Below are positions 1 through 23,446 of a stretch of 64,000 nucleotides of DNA, in pieces (the first letter of the stretch is position 1; every line of letters begins with the position of its first letter). Where the stretch lies: positions 15,368 through 79,367 of the forward strand of contig JAQGDQ010000605.1 in assembly GCA_030141605.1 (NCBI GenBank). Direction: 5' to 3'. Below the pieces are notes generated by a model, which saw only the letters and a program-made list of their open reading frames with translations, made no database searches and was not told the DNA's origin. Both the position numbers and the translations under genes were made by a program. Origin of the DNA: Tubiluchus corallicola (lineage: Eukaryota; Animalia; Priapulida).

Positions 1-1658
1 AAGCCTTTTCACAGTTTTGTTGCACGCACGTGCGGTTGTTGTAGGTCAAAGGTAAGTGTACCCCAGCAATGAGTCTTAACTACAACTGTGACATGTGTGT
101 AAAGCAAAGACGTCTGCTGCATCAATTCAGTAACTTCAGTTGTTTTTAATCACACTTTACTTAGTTATGCATTAGTCTGTACCTAGAATGATTTGCTAGC
201 CGGATGTTGCTTTGGAACAGGAAAAAATGCACTAGGTAAGGTTTCAACTAGCTGTTACACAATTGCATTGCCTGGTAAACATAACTTTTGACCTTTTCAC
301 AATCATCATCAATTGCTGCAACTGTAAAGAGGCTTATTAACAATACTATATAATTGTGCTTGACATTAATAGGTTTGTACGTCATGAAATTGGAAACTTG
401 TTACTTTTCACAGTTTCCTTTAATTCTTCTTTTATACTTGCACATTGCACAGAACCAGAGCTCATGATGGAGCTGTGTGGTTCACTGGTCCAGCACAGTG
501 CACATCACTGGTCCAGCAATGTGGTGTTTGGCTGTTGAATGCATGCGGCCATGCGCACATGCCTGAGATAAGACACTGCACTTTAGGTACTTGTTACTCC
601 TGCAGTGTATGTTGTCAGTTGTCACGTGTTTAAACACAGTGTGTCATGTGTATAGCAGTAAGATGTGAGTGTCTGTAACCACATAAATATACAGAAATAG
701 AGGAGTCCATAATACAAGAGTCTTTAGTAAAGTGTGATGTGGAACAAGAGAAAGACACACATGCATATTGATTGTTTGGTCATTGTTGTGCATACTGTGC
801 ATGCTGAATTACTACTTACCACAGTGTATCAGCATATTCTTGAACTGCATCAATTAAGGTTATTCATCAGCAAAAAATTTTTTGTTTAGGATTTTGTCAA
901 GTTTGTGTAAAAATGTTCTTATGTTTGTTTGTTTAAAATTACAATTGCAAATTACAACATTAAAATTACATATGTATGTTTCATTTTACACATCTATGAA
1001 ACAATGACTAAAAATTTTCTGAAGCAGCACCCCCACTAATTTTAGCTACAAACTGCCACTGGAGTCTAGAGTGCATAAACCAATCTCATGTCATCTTAAG
1101 GTACATCAAACACCATTCAGTGACAAGAGCTTTCCTTTCATGTACTACAAGATGCTACAATTAGATGTCACTTTTCACCTATAACCTTAGGTCAAAGGTC
1201 AATTGTTGTGGACGATATTATACAATTCGAGAGCTCTCATTACTAGACCTTTTCAATTGGAGACCTGTTGTTCAACTGCAGAGGCATTCGTCTTTTCGAC
1301 CCACTCAATTTCGATTTTTGGCCCACAGTGGAAAATTTTCTTGCACACACATAGCCCATTAGTTTACCGTAAGACTTTGAACAGACCTAGCCAGTATGAT
1401 CATGGCCTATAAACATTATAATCCTTCTGCTTGGGAAGTCATATTAACTGAGCAAAGACAAAAGCACAAATAGAAATTAATACAGTTTAATAAGAAAAAC
1501 TGGAGGTAAACAGATGAGATTCTACAGTGATCTGATTGAGTGAAACAGATTCTTAACAATTATGAAATGTATAATAGTCGAGTCGCAGTGAAGGCTCTTT
1601 AGCTAGGACAAAAAAGTGAAATATACATAAGAAGGGCGCTGTCCATTCTCGCGGTATC

Positions 1659-4506
1659 ATGGCGGATGGTGAGCATACGAAACGTTTACCTCCCAAAAAA
1701 CAAACTTTGGATGATGCGTACGCCGCACCAGCAAATTTCTTAGAGATAGATGTATGCAATCCACAGACTCATGGTGTGAGTCGACAACGATACACTGATT
1801 ACGAAGTTCGAATGAAGGTTTTACATTATCTAATATTTTGGCTTTCCAATTTTAACTTTATCTAGTTTAAGCTTGACTTAAGTTCAAGGAACCGGCCGAA
1901 TACCTCATTTTGACCTATGGTTTAAAGTATTTGTGAAATGTAAAATTAACGGGTGTTTGAAGCGTTTATGAATTTTGTGCGGACGCCGCACGCATAAATT
2001 TCTAGGTGCATAATTTGTAGGCATTGGTAAATTTAGATTCTAGTATATGCTGCTGGATATAGGTTACATGGCACATTACTTAGCAATGTGGTTTGCTGTT
2101 TTGGAACCCCACTAACAGACTGGGGTAGACAGGGTTCCCATGGCCAGAGAAACTCTTTGAAAATACAGGCTATCCTGGAAAGTCAGGGAAAAAGATAATT
2201 TGCTGAAAAGTCAGGGAAATTGGAAAGGGTTGCAAAAATAATCTCCGTGAACCGATATTTTTTCAAACATATTTTCCAGCGATTTGCTTTCAAATAAAAT
2301 TTTGCTATGATGGGCTCCCAGTTTCGATTTCTGCTCCAAAAAATAATGATTGGCCGACACATTGTATATCAGTATATGCATGAATGCCCTTACACAAAAC
2401 TGTTTGATAATGTATACTGGTAATACAATTTTTGCTTATCTTGGTCATGGAAAATCAGTATTTGGTCAGGAAAAGTCAGGGAAGTTTATTTTAAAGTTGT
2501 GTGAGAACCCTGGGATAGGGACTTTATTATAGGTTTTGTGAAATATTACATGGATAAGTACAGATATTTGCATTCGTACTGCAATGGCTACCATGCAAGA
2601 ACCTAAGCTCTTTCTGCTGTCATTCTTCTGTATTAAAGAGGAAGATTTGTCCGCCAAGTGATCGAACATAATATCATCCGAATAACATTTGAAAAGTTGT
2701 TTGCCGCTTTTGCTCTCAATTCCTGAAACATTCTAATAGCAGGAACTTTCCATAAATATTTCATTTAGGAGAGTGAAAATCAAAATATTGTAGAACTGAA
2801 TGATTAACGGGAATGGTTCATGAATTTTTTTATTTTCAGACAAATTTGCCAGTTTTCAAGTTAAAAGAATCATCTGCTCGGAGACGATACAGTGATTTTG
2901 AATGGCTGCGAAATGAACTGGAACGAGACAGCAAGGTAACAGTATGATAATCAATAACAAGCGCTAAGCAACTACTCGTTCTTAAAGTTAACAGTAATTT
3001 TTATGTATATAATAATTTTACTCGACTTCTTAATTTTGTCTCTTTTGAATGCATTACCAATGCATTTATTATGGCATAGTCACTGTTCCCTGGAACAATC
3101 GCAGTCATGCAGTCAGATGCGTTAGGTGATGTAAGACTCCGTGTGTGAAAACTGGATAGTATCTTTTTGCCCTCAGTCATGTTTTTGTAGTTAACGTCTT
3201 ATTTTATATCAAACCTCCATTGTAAAACATTTTATCCAAAATACAATTCACCAACAAACAATAAGAAACACAAACTGTATCAATCTTTGCACTGATTGTT
3301 TTAAAAAGACTTAAAAATGTTAAAGTCCGAATTCTCATATGAAGTGTGAAACTGATCTGTTTAATTTGCCAGCTGTGTTTTAAATACACGATCAAAAAAC
3401 CAGGTTGTCTAATGCTATAAGACAAACTAAACCAGTGTGGAAGCTGTAAAGGTCTCGCACTAGCAAGCCTGTAGTACTTTAAAGGAAAGTTATGTAATAA
3501 TTTGAGTATGTTATTATTAGGCTTGCTATGTGTCGTACTTATGACTTCGAGAAATCGCATCTTTTTGTTATACAGTTTTATACATTATAAATTAACTAAT
3601 AATAGTTTTCTAATCTGATGAAATCCAAATCTCAATTTAAAATAATTTTGGAATCAAATTCCCTCAAAGCTTCGATTCGCATTTGGTTTTGAAGTACCAA
3701 TTATCTGCCACCTTTGTGACAGCTATATTATACATCAGGTGGGACTTAGTCCATCCTGACTATATCACTTTATGACTGGTTGAGTATTGCAAGACAACAA
3801 CTAGTTGTAGTGTACGGGGAGTAGAGCAATATATGCGCTTTCATTCAAATGGTATTAATGTCATATCAGGTAACACTGAAATGACTGAAATGGTGAAATA
3901 ATGGACGTGACCTGCATTATACATTTGCTTATTACAAACTGTGTTAAGTTGCTACAGTTCCATCATGCATTTTATGCTGTTTAAACAAGAAATCATATTT
4001 ATAGATTGTAGTTCCACCACTGCCTGGTAAAGCCCTGAAGCGGCAGCTTCCTTTTCGAGGCGATGACGGCATTTTTGATGATGACTTCATCGAAGAGAGA
4101 CGGAAAGGTTTAGAAGTATTTTTAAACAAGTAAGCAATGCTGTCAAACTTTGAGTTACTATGTTAACATGTGTAATCATAGGACAAAAAAATGAACGTTT
4201 AATTTCATAAATTTAATTTAAATGTAAAAAACTAACGATTAATGAGTAATATCACTGACTAGTAACTTTAAGTTTAATTCTCGGGGTCAAGCACGCTGTA
4301 GCTAACTCCCAAGTTGAATACATTTTTGCTTAACAGAGTTAGTAGACACAGAAGGGTGGGACTAAACATTTAATTACTGATACACTTGCTTTGGTTTCAG
4401 AATTGCCGGACATCCGTTGGCACAAAACGAACGATGTTTACACATGTTTCTCCAAGATCCGGTAATAGACAAGAACTACGTACCTGGCAAGGTCAGGAGT
4501 GTGTGA
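1659..4506 (+). CDS. SNX3: Sorting nexin 3/12 (PX domain only), 161 aa; exons 1659-1817, 2840-2935, 4005-4129, 4401-4506
   Basis: GT-AG introns join in frame. The product reads ...NFLEIDV...[100 protein letters not shown]...[10 protein letters not shown], which is characteristic of SNX3/SNX12. Confidence 0.96.
2130..2512. mobile_element. hAT-like MITE in SNX intron 1
   Basis: Termini CAGGGTTC...GAACCCTG, subterminal AAAGTCAGGGAA repeats at both ends; TSD is degenerate. Confidence 0.65.
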
Positions 4507-4690
4507 CTTCCTCAGCAAAATCTTTCTCTTGTCTTGGCCATGTGATGCGTTATTATGTATATAGCTGCTGGCATTACTGATGTCTGTGTGTGTGTTATGA
4601 ATATTACCTGTTATTGTTGTGAAAAAATACTGTACGTTGAAAAAATGATTGTATTTCTTTTGTTGCAATTGCTTGAGAACTTTCGTAATT

Positions 4691-5313
4691 TTAAAAGAAG
4701 ACAGGATGATTTTTCACGTCCCCGTTTTCAAGTCTGATAAAAAGTACACATTTCAGCACAATTAATACTGCAAAAGCATTTCTGATAATTAAATTATAGA
4801 TTAAAATCTTAATTAACGGCAGGAGAGCCCAACTGTTGATGACATCACAAACTAACATAATTTTCAACAGCAAAAATATTCTACGAGCGCGTTGCACGTG
4901 TTTGCGAAAGCGAAAATTGAAGTACAGTGCTGCTGTAAGATATTCAGTGTGTTGTACTAAAACTAGGCAAGTTTTAAGATAAATATTAGAATTTCAAATT
5001 TACCGCTGTGCTCACGCGCTAGCTGTCGAATGTGTGCAGTTTGTCACAAACTAACACATCTGTACTGAGAGGTACCTCACCTGTGTTTTGTGCAGTACGT
5101 TTCCGAAATGCAGGTGATAGTGCCCGTCTAACTAGCGAATGGCGAAATGCATGTAACAGCGAAGAACTAGTGGCGCAAACGTGAAATTGTGCTTGTGTGG
5201 TAATAATTCTTTCATGCAAGTCATTTTTGAAAAAATAGTTTGTTTCCTTTCAATATATTAAAGAGTAGATTGTTTTGACGTACAGTTTAAGATTGGGTCC
5301 AGTTTTTATTTAA
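4691..5313 (+). mobile_element. TTAA-flanked non-autonomous DNA transposon, family A (Kolobok-type), probably in the SNX 3' UTR
   Basis: Starts TTAAAAGAAGACAGGATGATT and ends TAAGATTGGGTCCAGTTTTTATTTAA; related copies at 20771, 45238 and 60909. Confidence 0.8.
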
Positions 5314-7348
5314 ACTTTCTTCGATAATTAGGTAATTATTTTCTAAGTTCTCAACTGAGTTTTCCTAAACGCAGGTGGGCATGCACACCGTAGTACACGA
5401 TGAACAAGTGCCCTTTCTATTTGGATGCAAATTTATGATTTACGTTAACATATGCTGTAATCACAACAATCCTATTGAGCTCCTTTAATCCAAAAGCGCT
5501 AAAGTTATTTTTACTTTGTATTGTACAGTTTATTTACGTATCGTTAACACGTAACTATTAAAATGTAGTAACAGCCTATTTTAGCGACTCCGAAGCTAGT
5601 GTACATGTAATACTCTCACTCACAGTATTTTAGGATTGCATGCTCAGCTTCTGACCTAACGCATACTGTTAGCTGTAGTATATGCTGTTATACTAAAAGA
5701 AATTCTACGCAGTACTTGTGAGCTTGCTATGTAGATAAACTAGTAATACTAACATTAATATTGTCTGTCGCATATTGTAGATTGAGACCATGTCTTCAAC
5801 TTTTGTTTTACAAGCAATAAGCATGTTTCACCGTGTGAATTATAGCTGTTTTTAATGTGTATCAGAAGTTTACTCAAGGACAAAACTGTGAGATAATTGT
5901 TGAAAATCAAATATCCTGTTTCTCTATGATTTTTGTCCTGTATATTCTACATTGAGCCAGTTCTACTTAATAATGTTAAGTTTTATAGAATGGCATCTCA
6001 GAAGTGGTCTATGAAATTTAAATTGGCCTATGTTGGGTATGAAGTGTTGATTCAAATTTGAGTGGGTATAAAAATGCATATGTACAGTAAAATATGAGAT
6101 CGGAATAAATTATCTTGTATAAAGAGTTGCTGAGTTTTGTTTGAAATATTGCAAACGTTTTTGTTTGTTTTTTTCCAGTTAACTGAAGCTTGATCTGAAC
6201 ATCATCTACACCTATTCCAATTATAAATTTATATTCAATTATATCTGTTTTATAATGCATGTGTGTGCGTGCTCACAGTTTTAATTTAACGATGAACAAT
6301 TTGCCTGAACTTTGTAAGTTTATTGTGTGTGTTTTGAAATGTTCCGATTCAACTTGATTTTGCACAATGTTCTGCAGTTTAAAATGTACTAATAAGTGAT
6401 TAACCTACAGAATTTTTGATGAAAATGAATCCAATCCGGTTATGCTAGCAGGTTTATTGTTATTTGTTATGATGGCATAATCTAATACGTGTAATGCAAG
6501 GTCGTGTGGTTGCCACTAATTGTGATTTTGTCTGGTAAACTTAATGAAAGCCGTCTGTCGCATGTTGTTACTGTTATTGACATTGGTGGCGATTTAACTG
6601 CACTAATTATCGGCACTTGAAAGTTTGTGCCTTTGCAAAGGTTTATTACTAAGGCGACTATGTAACAAGTGTGTTAATTATGCGAAGCCCGTCAGTAGTG
6701 ATGAAAATTGCATTATTCCCAGGTGGAAAATGATGCGGTGTAATTGGTTGCTCACTGCCACTTATTAGTGATTAGCAATAGGTTTTCATAATTCACCAAT
6801 TTTCACATTTGTACATTTTGATTTTAACTGGTCTTCAGTTGTACATATATCCTATAATGCCATGGTTAATACTTGCATTTGCAATTAACCACCACTGCTA
6901 AATTTTGTTTTTGTAACTTAATTAAGTAAGAATGCCTATAACTGACTTGAATAAGAGTGACTATTGAAATTTACACTGTCTTATAAAATTGTATTCCAAA
7001 GAACAAAAATCTGTTATTTTACAAAATGACTTGCATTTCATTCACTTTGCAAATATTTAATGCTTATGGATACCTAGATACATTACTTACACATGTTCAT
7101 TGACATGAATTGCAACCAACAAAAGCCTGTCAAATGCAAAACTGGTTCAGTGCAAGTTGCTGAGTCCGCGGTACAAGCAAGGTCTACATTCAGTGTTGCA
7201 AATTTTTTTTGTTATTAATACTGCGAAAAATTTCACTCTGCATTTACAGGTTTCGCTTATACTAATGATATTTTCCAAGATGAGAAGTTCATCATGCTTG
7301 TTTGGGTCTACATGTATCTACCATTGACAAAATCATGTACAAGTTACC

Positions 7349-7354
7349 AATAAA
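7349..7354 (+). terminator. Candidate SNX polyadenylation signal
   Basis: AATAAA at the end of a long T-rich UTR-like stretch, followed by GT-rich sequence; motif evidence only. Confidence 0.3.
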
Positions 7355-8365
7355 GTAATCTCAACAAATTTGTGTAGTGTAGTAGTAGTCGCAATAGGCT
7401 CTATAAAACTAATACATGATGAAGAGTATTGCAAAGGACGTGGCGGCCATGGCCTGCAGCCTTTTGCGCCAAAGTTTGAGGGTGTCACATTTTATAAAAA
7501 AAAATCTTATTCTTCTCGGAAAATGTGTATACTTTCATATTCGTGTAAAGGGCACATTTCATAACATGCCACTGGCAGTTACTGAAGGCAGCTTCCATAT
7601 AAGTGCCATAAATTCACAATATTTTTTTCCAATTCAATTCAACTTTATTTTCTCAATAGCAGTTAAAATTCGACACAATTATTTTTACATTTCATTGAAA
7701 CTGAGGAGCAGCAAAAGACCGATTTGTCACTTGATATGCTGCCCTTTATTAAAAATACAAGTTTACTTACAGGCGCATAATATTTTTAGGTGTTTATATA
7801 TAAAAAACATTATAGTATTAAAAATACATTTGGTATTAAATTAAGTACTAAGTAGCAGAAATGTATATTTAATCTAGTCAAATTTTTAAAGGACGGAAAA
7901 ATAGTAAGTGAGAATTACAGAACTATCAGACCAGGGCGTCGTAAAGTCTTGATGTACCCCTGGTGGCGGCATCTGCTGACAAACAATAGAGACAGCAGGT
8001 CTGTAAGAATTAGGACTATCATACTGTATTTACGTAATACATTATATCGAAGAAAGGCAGCTTCAATTCGATGGCGATTCAATTCTGCTGGTTTTTCTAG
8101 ACTTCCAAGATAAGCGTCGTCAGAATTTGATGTACATTATTATGCGCATTTAAACCAAGTGCTGTACAAATTTGTTTTGGCCATTCATAGATGGCAGTGC
8201 TAGATGAATTCACTGAGCTTCACTCTGAATAACCGGGACATTCTCATTGGTGTCCCTATGCGATATTGGAGAAAAGTTAACTAATGGCTAGGTCAGTCAT
8301 AATGTCTCAAACTTAAAGTGCGTGCTGTATTTGGGACTTTCCTTAAGGCCTGTTTTGGTGCGTCT

Positions 8366-8818
8366 TTGACGGAAAACCGGATGATTGCGTAAACACGAGT
8401 TCAGAATAAAGAATGCTCTAAAATATTGAAAACTACAATAGCTTTTTTTAAATCAAAGCTTAGATTAAATAATAATTAGCTCGGATACTCAAATTTCGGC
8501 TCAGTGAATCCGCTAAGACTGGCAGTGGCGCCTTTTTGTCACATTAACGTGGCCGACAAATAGAAGGCGGCACCGTGATAATCATGATCATGAACTGCAG
8601 TGTTAGTTTCTGACATCATATGATGTAAAGTCCAATATTTCGTGACATCATGCATTTAAACAGTACTGTAACACTTATGCAAATGTGCTTGACGCGTAAG
8701 GGAACACGCCTGCTATTGCACAAACTGTTGTTAGTTTCTGACGTAAGCATTAGCTGTATATTATGGACAGTAAATTAAAATGAGATTGAGTCTAAACAAT
8801 CGGCCGATTTTCCTTTAA
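8366..8818 (+). mobile_element. Family B TTAA-flanked (Kolobok-type) element with internal deletions
   Basis: GGAAAACCGGATGATTG...CAATCGGCCGATTTTCCTTTAA; matches the copies at 33936, 40751, 48850 and 54063. Confidence 0.85.
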
Positions 8819-9460
8819 ATGAGTTTAGGAACGTCAGCTTAAAAGTTTAGTATTACATAAATGAGACCTGTCTGTTGGTTCTTGTTACTCATTTCCACAA
8901 TTGCGAAATAATATAAGTTAAAAATGTGTAAAAGTAAAATGTCTCAATTGTTATTCCTGGAAGTTCCGCCTGAGCAAAATGAGTGTTAGTCCTACAACTT
9001 CGTTTCCTGTGGAACCTATAATAAAGATGGGACTGTGATATGTGGTGTACCACCTGTGATATAGGGCGCTTTCGTTACGACACCACAAACACTTTTTTGT
9101 ACTAATTTCTGATACGTGCTGACACGTGGGTTCAGTGAACCTTTCCATTTAAGCATAGTTCACAGACATGTATACAGAATAGAAGCAAATAAAACAGTTT
9201 TTAATATTACCGAAAAATTCTTGATTTAATGAGATAATAAGAACTAAAAAAACAATTCACTCTAATCCAAAACAACAACAAACTTGTTATAATTATAAAC
9301 GACGTTTCTAGTTAGCCTACGATGAACAGAAGACTAGTTAGCCCCAACCCAGGTGAGGGAGAAGGATGTGAGGTAAGTATACTTATCAGTTGTAGTGACT
9401 GCTGTCGGAAGATGTCGGATTCCAACGTTTGACGTTCTCCATCATCGTGGAAGCTGGAAT

Positions 9461-9735
9461 CAGGGCCTATTTCAGCCTAAGCGAGGCCCGGGGAAGTGGG
9501 GCGTGTGAGGCCCCATCCGGGGGGGGGGGGCGAAGCGTCAGGGGGCGGGCGCTACAATGGTTGGCGCCCAGAACATTTTTGAACTGCTAGAACGCCGGAG
9601 AAGCATTTTCGAAGAGAAAATATGGAGTTATACAGTTGTTAAAGGAAAGAACAATTGACAGAAAAACTGCTTTATTCTCAAGACCAGTTCTTAATACTTG
9701 TCAATACTGGCAAACGGCACGCGTGCGGTAAGAGA

Positions 9736-9814
<79 letters not shown>

Positions 9815-9927
9815 GAGGCAGTATGTTTGCATAAAGCAATAAAATATTATCTTGGCGCGAGGCCCCCCTAGAGGGTGAGGCCCCGGGGAAGTATCCCCAC
9901 TCCCCCCCCCCCTTGAAATAGGCCCTG
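9461..9927. mobile_element. hAT-type MITE, 467 bp, with an internal (GA)n tract at about 9731-9814
   Basis: Perfect 14-bp TIR CAGGGCCTATTTCA/TGAAATAGGCCCTG and a perfect 8-bp TSD GCTGGAAT (9453-9460, 9928-9935). Confidence 0.92.
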
Positions 9928-11040
9928 GCTGGAATAATGTGACTAACCGGTTATGCGAACTTCGTGGAATCTTGAACAGTTACTCTTCCAAAGCTCGAGC
10001 CAGCGGGGTGTAATCTTACGTGGCCACTTCTACAATGCTTGTCAGGTGTACCGGAGTCGTAAGTGGTTACTTCTTCAATTGTGGAGTGCAGTGGAGTCCT
10101 GACCCGTGGAGCACGTGGAACCACCATTGATACAACGTCTGGACATCGCTTGGTTGTTTCTGCACCAGATCTCCTGAATTTCCGTTTACAGCAGTACGTC
10201 TAATAACGAATAATAGCCAGGTTATTGGTGTTTCCGCCTCACGGCTCGAACACCTAACCCTTTGGTGTGTCTGTGCCCTTTAATCACTTTCTGTCGCCAC
10301 AGTAATTAAGCATTGACTTCGACTGCTAATAAATGTTCGTCGGAAGCCATATTCGACGGCTTCGCTGGCTTAACACGTTTGACACGCTATGTTGAACCGA
10401 GTTTAAATTTCTAGAACAGGTAAAACTGGATCTTTTAACACGACGGTTTATTGGTCAGATAGCCTGTTCAGTTGAGCGTATGACCAATCACTTGCTTTCT
10501 TGTAAATGAGATCTAGGACAGGTATGAGGTGAGGCCCTTCCCAGAGCTAACTAGGTGCATGCTCATATATGTACAGTCACAACTTGCTTTACTGTAGTAG
10601 ATAAATTCGCTTAATGAGTAATTAACTAATGACTCGTTCAATTAACATAAGCAATTAGCTAAATTAAGCTATTAATGTAGCCTAAGTATGACACCTACAC
10701 AGAATCATACTAGAAAACAGTTCTAGAAACAGTTCTAAAATACTAGAAAACTATAATAGAAGGGGTTGCAATGCCGTTCGGTCGTTCTTATATTCCAGAC
10801 GACGTCACGGACGTCACAGGGCCCTAGTTAAGATGTGTGCGCATTTGTGATTAGATAAATTGAACTAACCGAGTTTTATCAAAAGTCATTTCTGCATGCA
10901 TGTGCTTGCGTAAAGTGCTCTGTTCAAAAGTACACCTCGAAGATTATCACACAGCATAGGTAGCTCAAAACACACTTTCTAGAGAGTCAGGTATATTATT
11001 AACAGGCAATCTTTAGAAAGGCACTGCTGCGTTTGAAGAA

Positions 11041-22117
<11,077 letters not shown>

Positions 22118-23284
22118 AAACCTGATGAATACATATAACTTAAGACTCCAGAATAGTTTCACATTTATGAATTGCCATTAAACTTAATAATTATTTTTTT
22201 TGCAAATCTGCTGACAATCTCGTCATTATAGTAAGGCGAGCGATCATCAGGGCATACTTTGCTTTGCCACGTCAACGGATGACATACAAGGTCACACATC
22301 CTCAACCATCGGCCTATTTCGCTAACTGCGTCAGTGTACCATTTCAAAGTCGAAAAGTATTCCTTAACATACCGGATACATACAGGATAGCACGTTGCAG
22401 CGTTAGATATAATTATATGAAGCACTCAGTCCACATCTCATCCCATTGTTGATTTTAAAAAATGTTGATTATTTAAGTAGGTATACAGGGCTCAATTTTT
22501 TCGACTGCAGTTGTAATAATGTTAGCTTTATACGCTGGGGGGGGGGGGACCAGAGCCATTTTGATTATCCATGAAACCGTAGTTGTTTATGCACATCTAA
22601 ACAGAAGAAGTGCAAATATATTTATGACTGGTTGTCCAGGTGTGAAGGGAAATAAAGAAGCCAATGTCCTGAAACCTCAGCCCACTGCAGTACTCTAACT
22701 GCTCTCATTGTCTTCCTCTTGGGCTATTCCATTATTTTCTTGTATGTCAATAGCAAAACGTAAGTAATAGCCCAACATGAAAGCACATGGGCATCAGTCA
22801 TAGACCTGGTGTCCACCACGGTTAAAAATGTTCAGAGAGCATAACAAATAACAAAACTATTTTACTAATGCAACGTGTGTAATGTAATATGCAAAACTGT
22901 GTACAATACATGAAATAATATGCTGTTGTAATGTGCAAAATCAGTAATTCTTTTCCAATACTACTAGAACAGAATCATTTTGAAATTTATCTCTTGTAAT
23001 AAGTTCATTAGTTCAATGTGTACATTCGTTATGTCGTAAGTAATAAAATAACAAAAAGAAGTCAGTGTAATTGGAAAGAAAAACATCATTAGTAATTTTA
23101 TGAATTATTATAAAAAAGACATCACAAAACAAACCTCTGTAGATACCTTTGGGGGAAAAGGAGATAAAGAAAAAACAAATTCATATCTCACTGAGATAAC
23201 TATCATTAACGAATCATTTATCATTTAATGTTTAGCACATTGCACAAGTTCCCATTTCAATATACAGATCATTGAGAAACAAGA

Positions 23285-23446
23285 ACAATGGTCAGCAAAA
23301 CAATTGAGCTTTGATGATCTCATGATCTATAGAAAAAACAATGGCCAGCAAAACAATTGAGCTTTGATGATCTCATGATCTATAGAAAAAACAATGGCCA
23401 GCAAAAGAATTGAGCTTTGATGATCTCATGATCTGTAGAAAAAAAC
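23285..23446. repeat. 53-bp tandem repeat x3 overlapping the BOK-like stop codon
   Basis: CAATGG recurs at 23286, 23339 and 23392; each unit contains the minus-strand TAY AGA TCA TGA. Confidence 0.95.

Noticed and set aside
1-72. Possible C-terminus of an upstream gene (KPFHSFVARTCGCCRSKVSVPQQ*) or a donor AAG|GTAAGT at 52
   Set aside because: Too short, and cut by the window edge.
9030-10700. Possible LTR or retroelement remnant hosting the hAT MITE
   Set aside because: No matching TSD, second LTR or coding motif could be identified.
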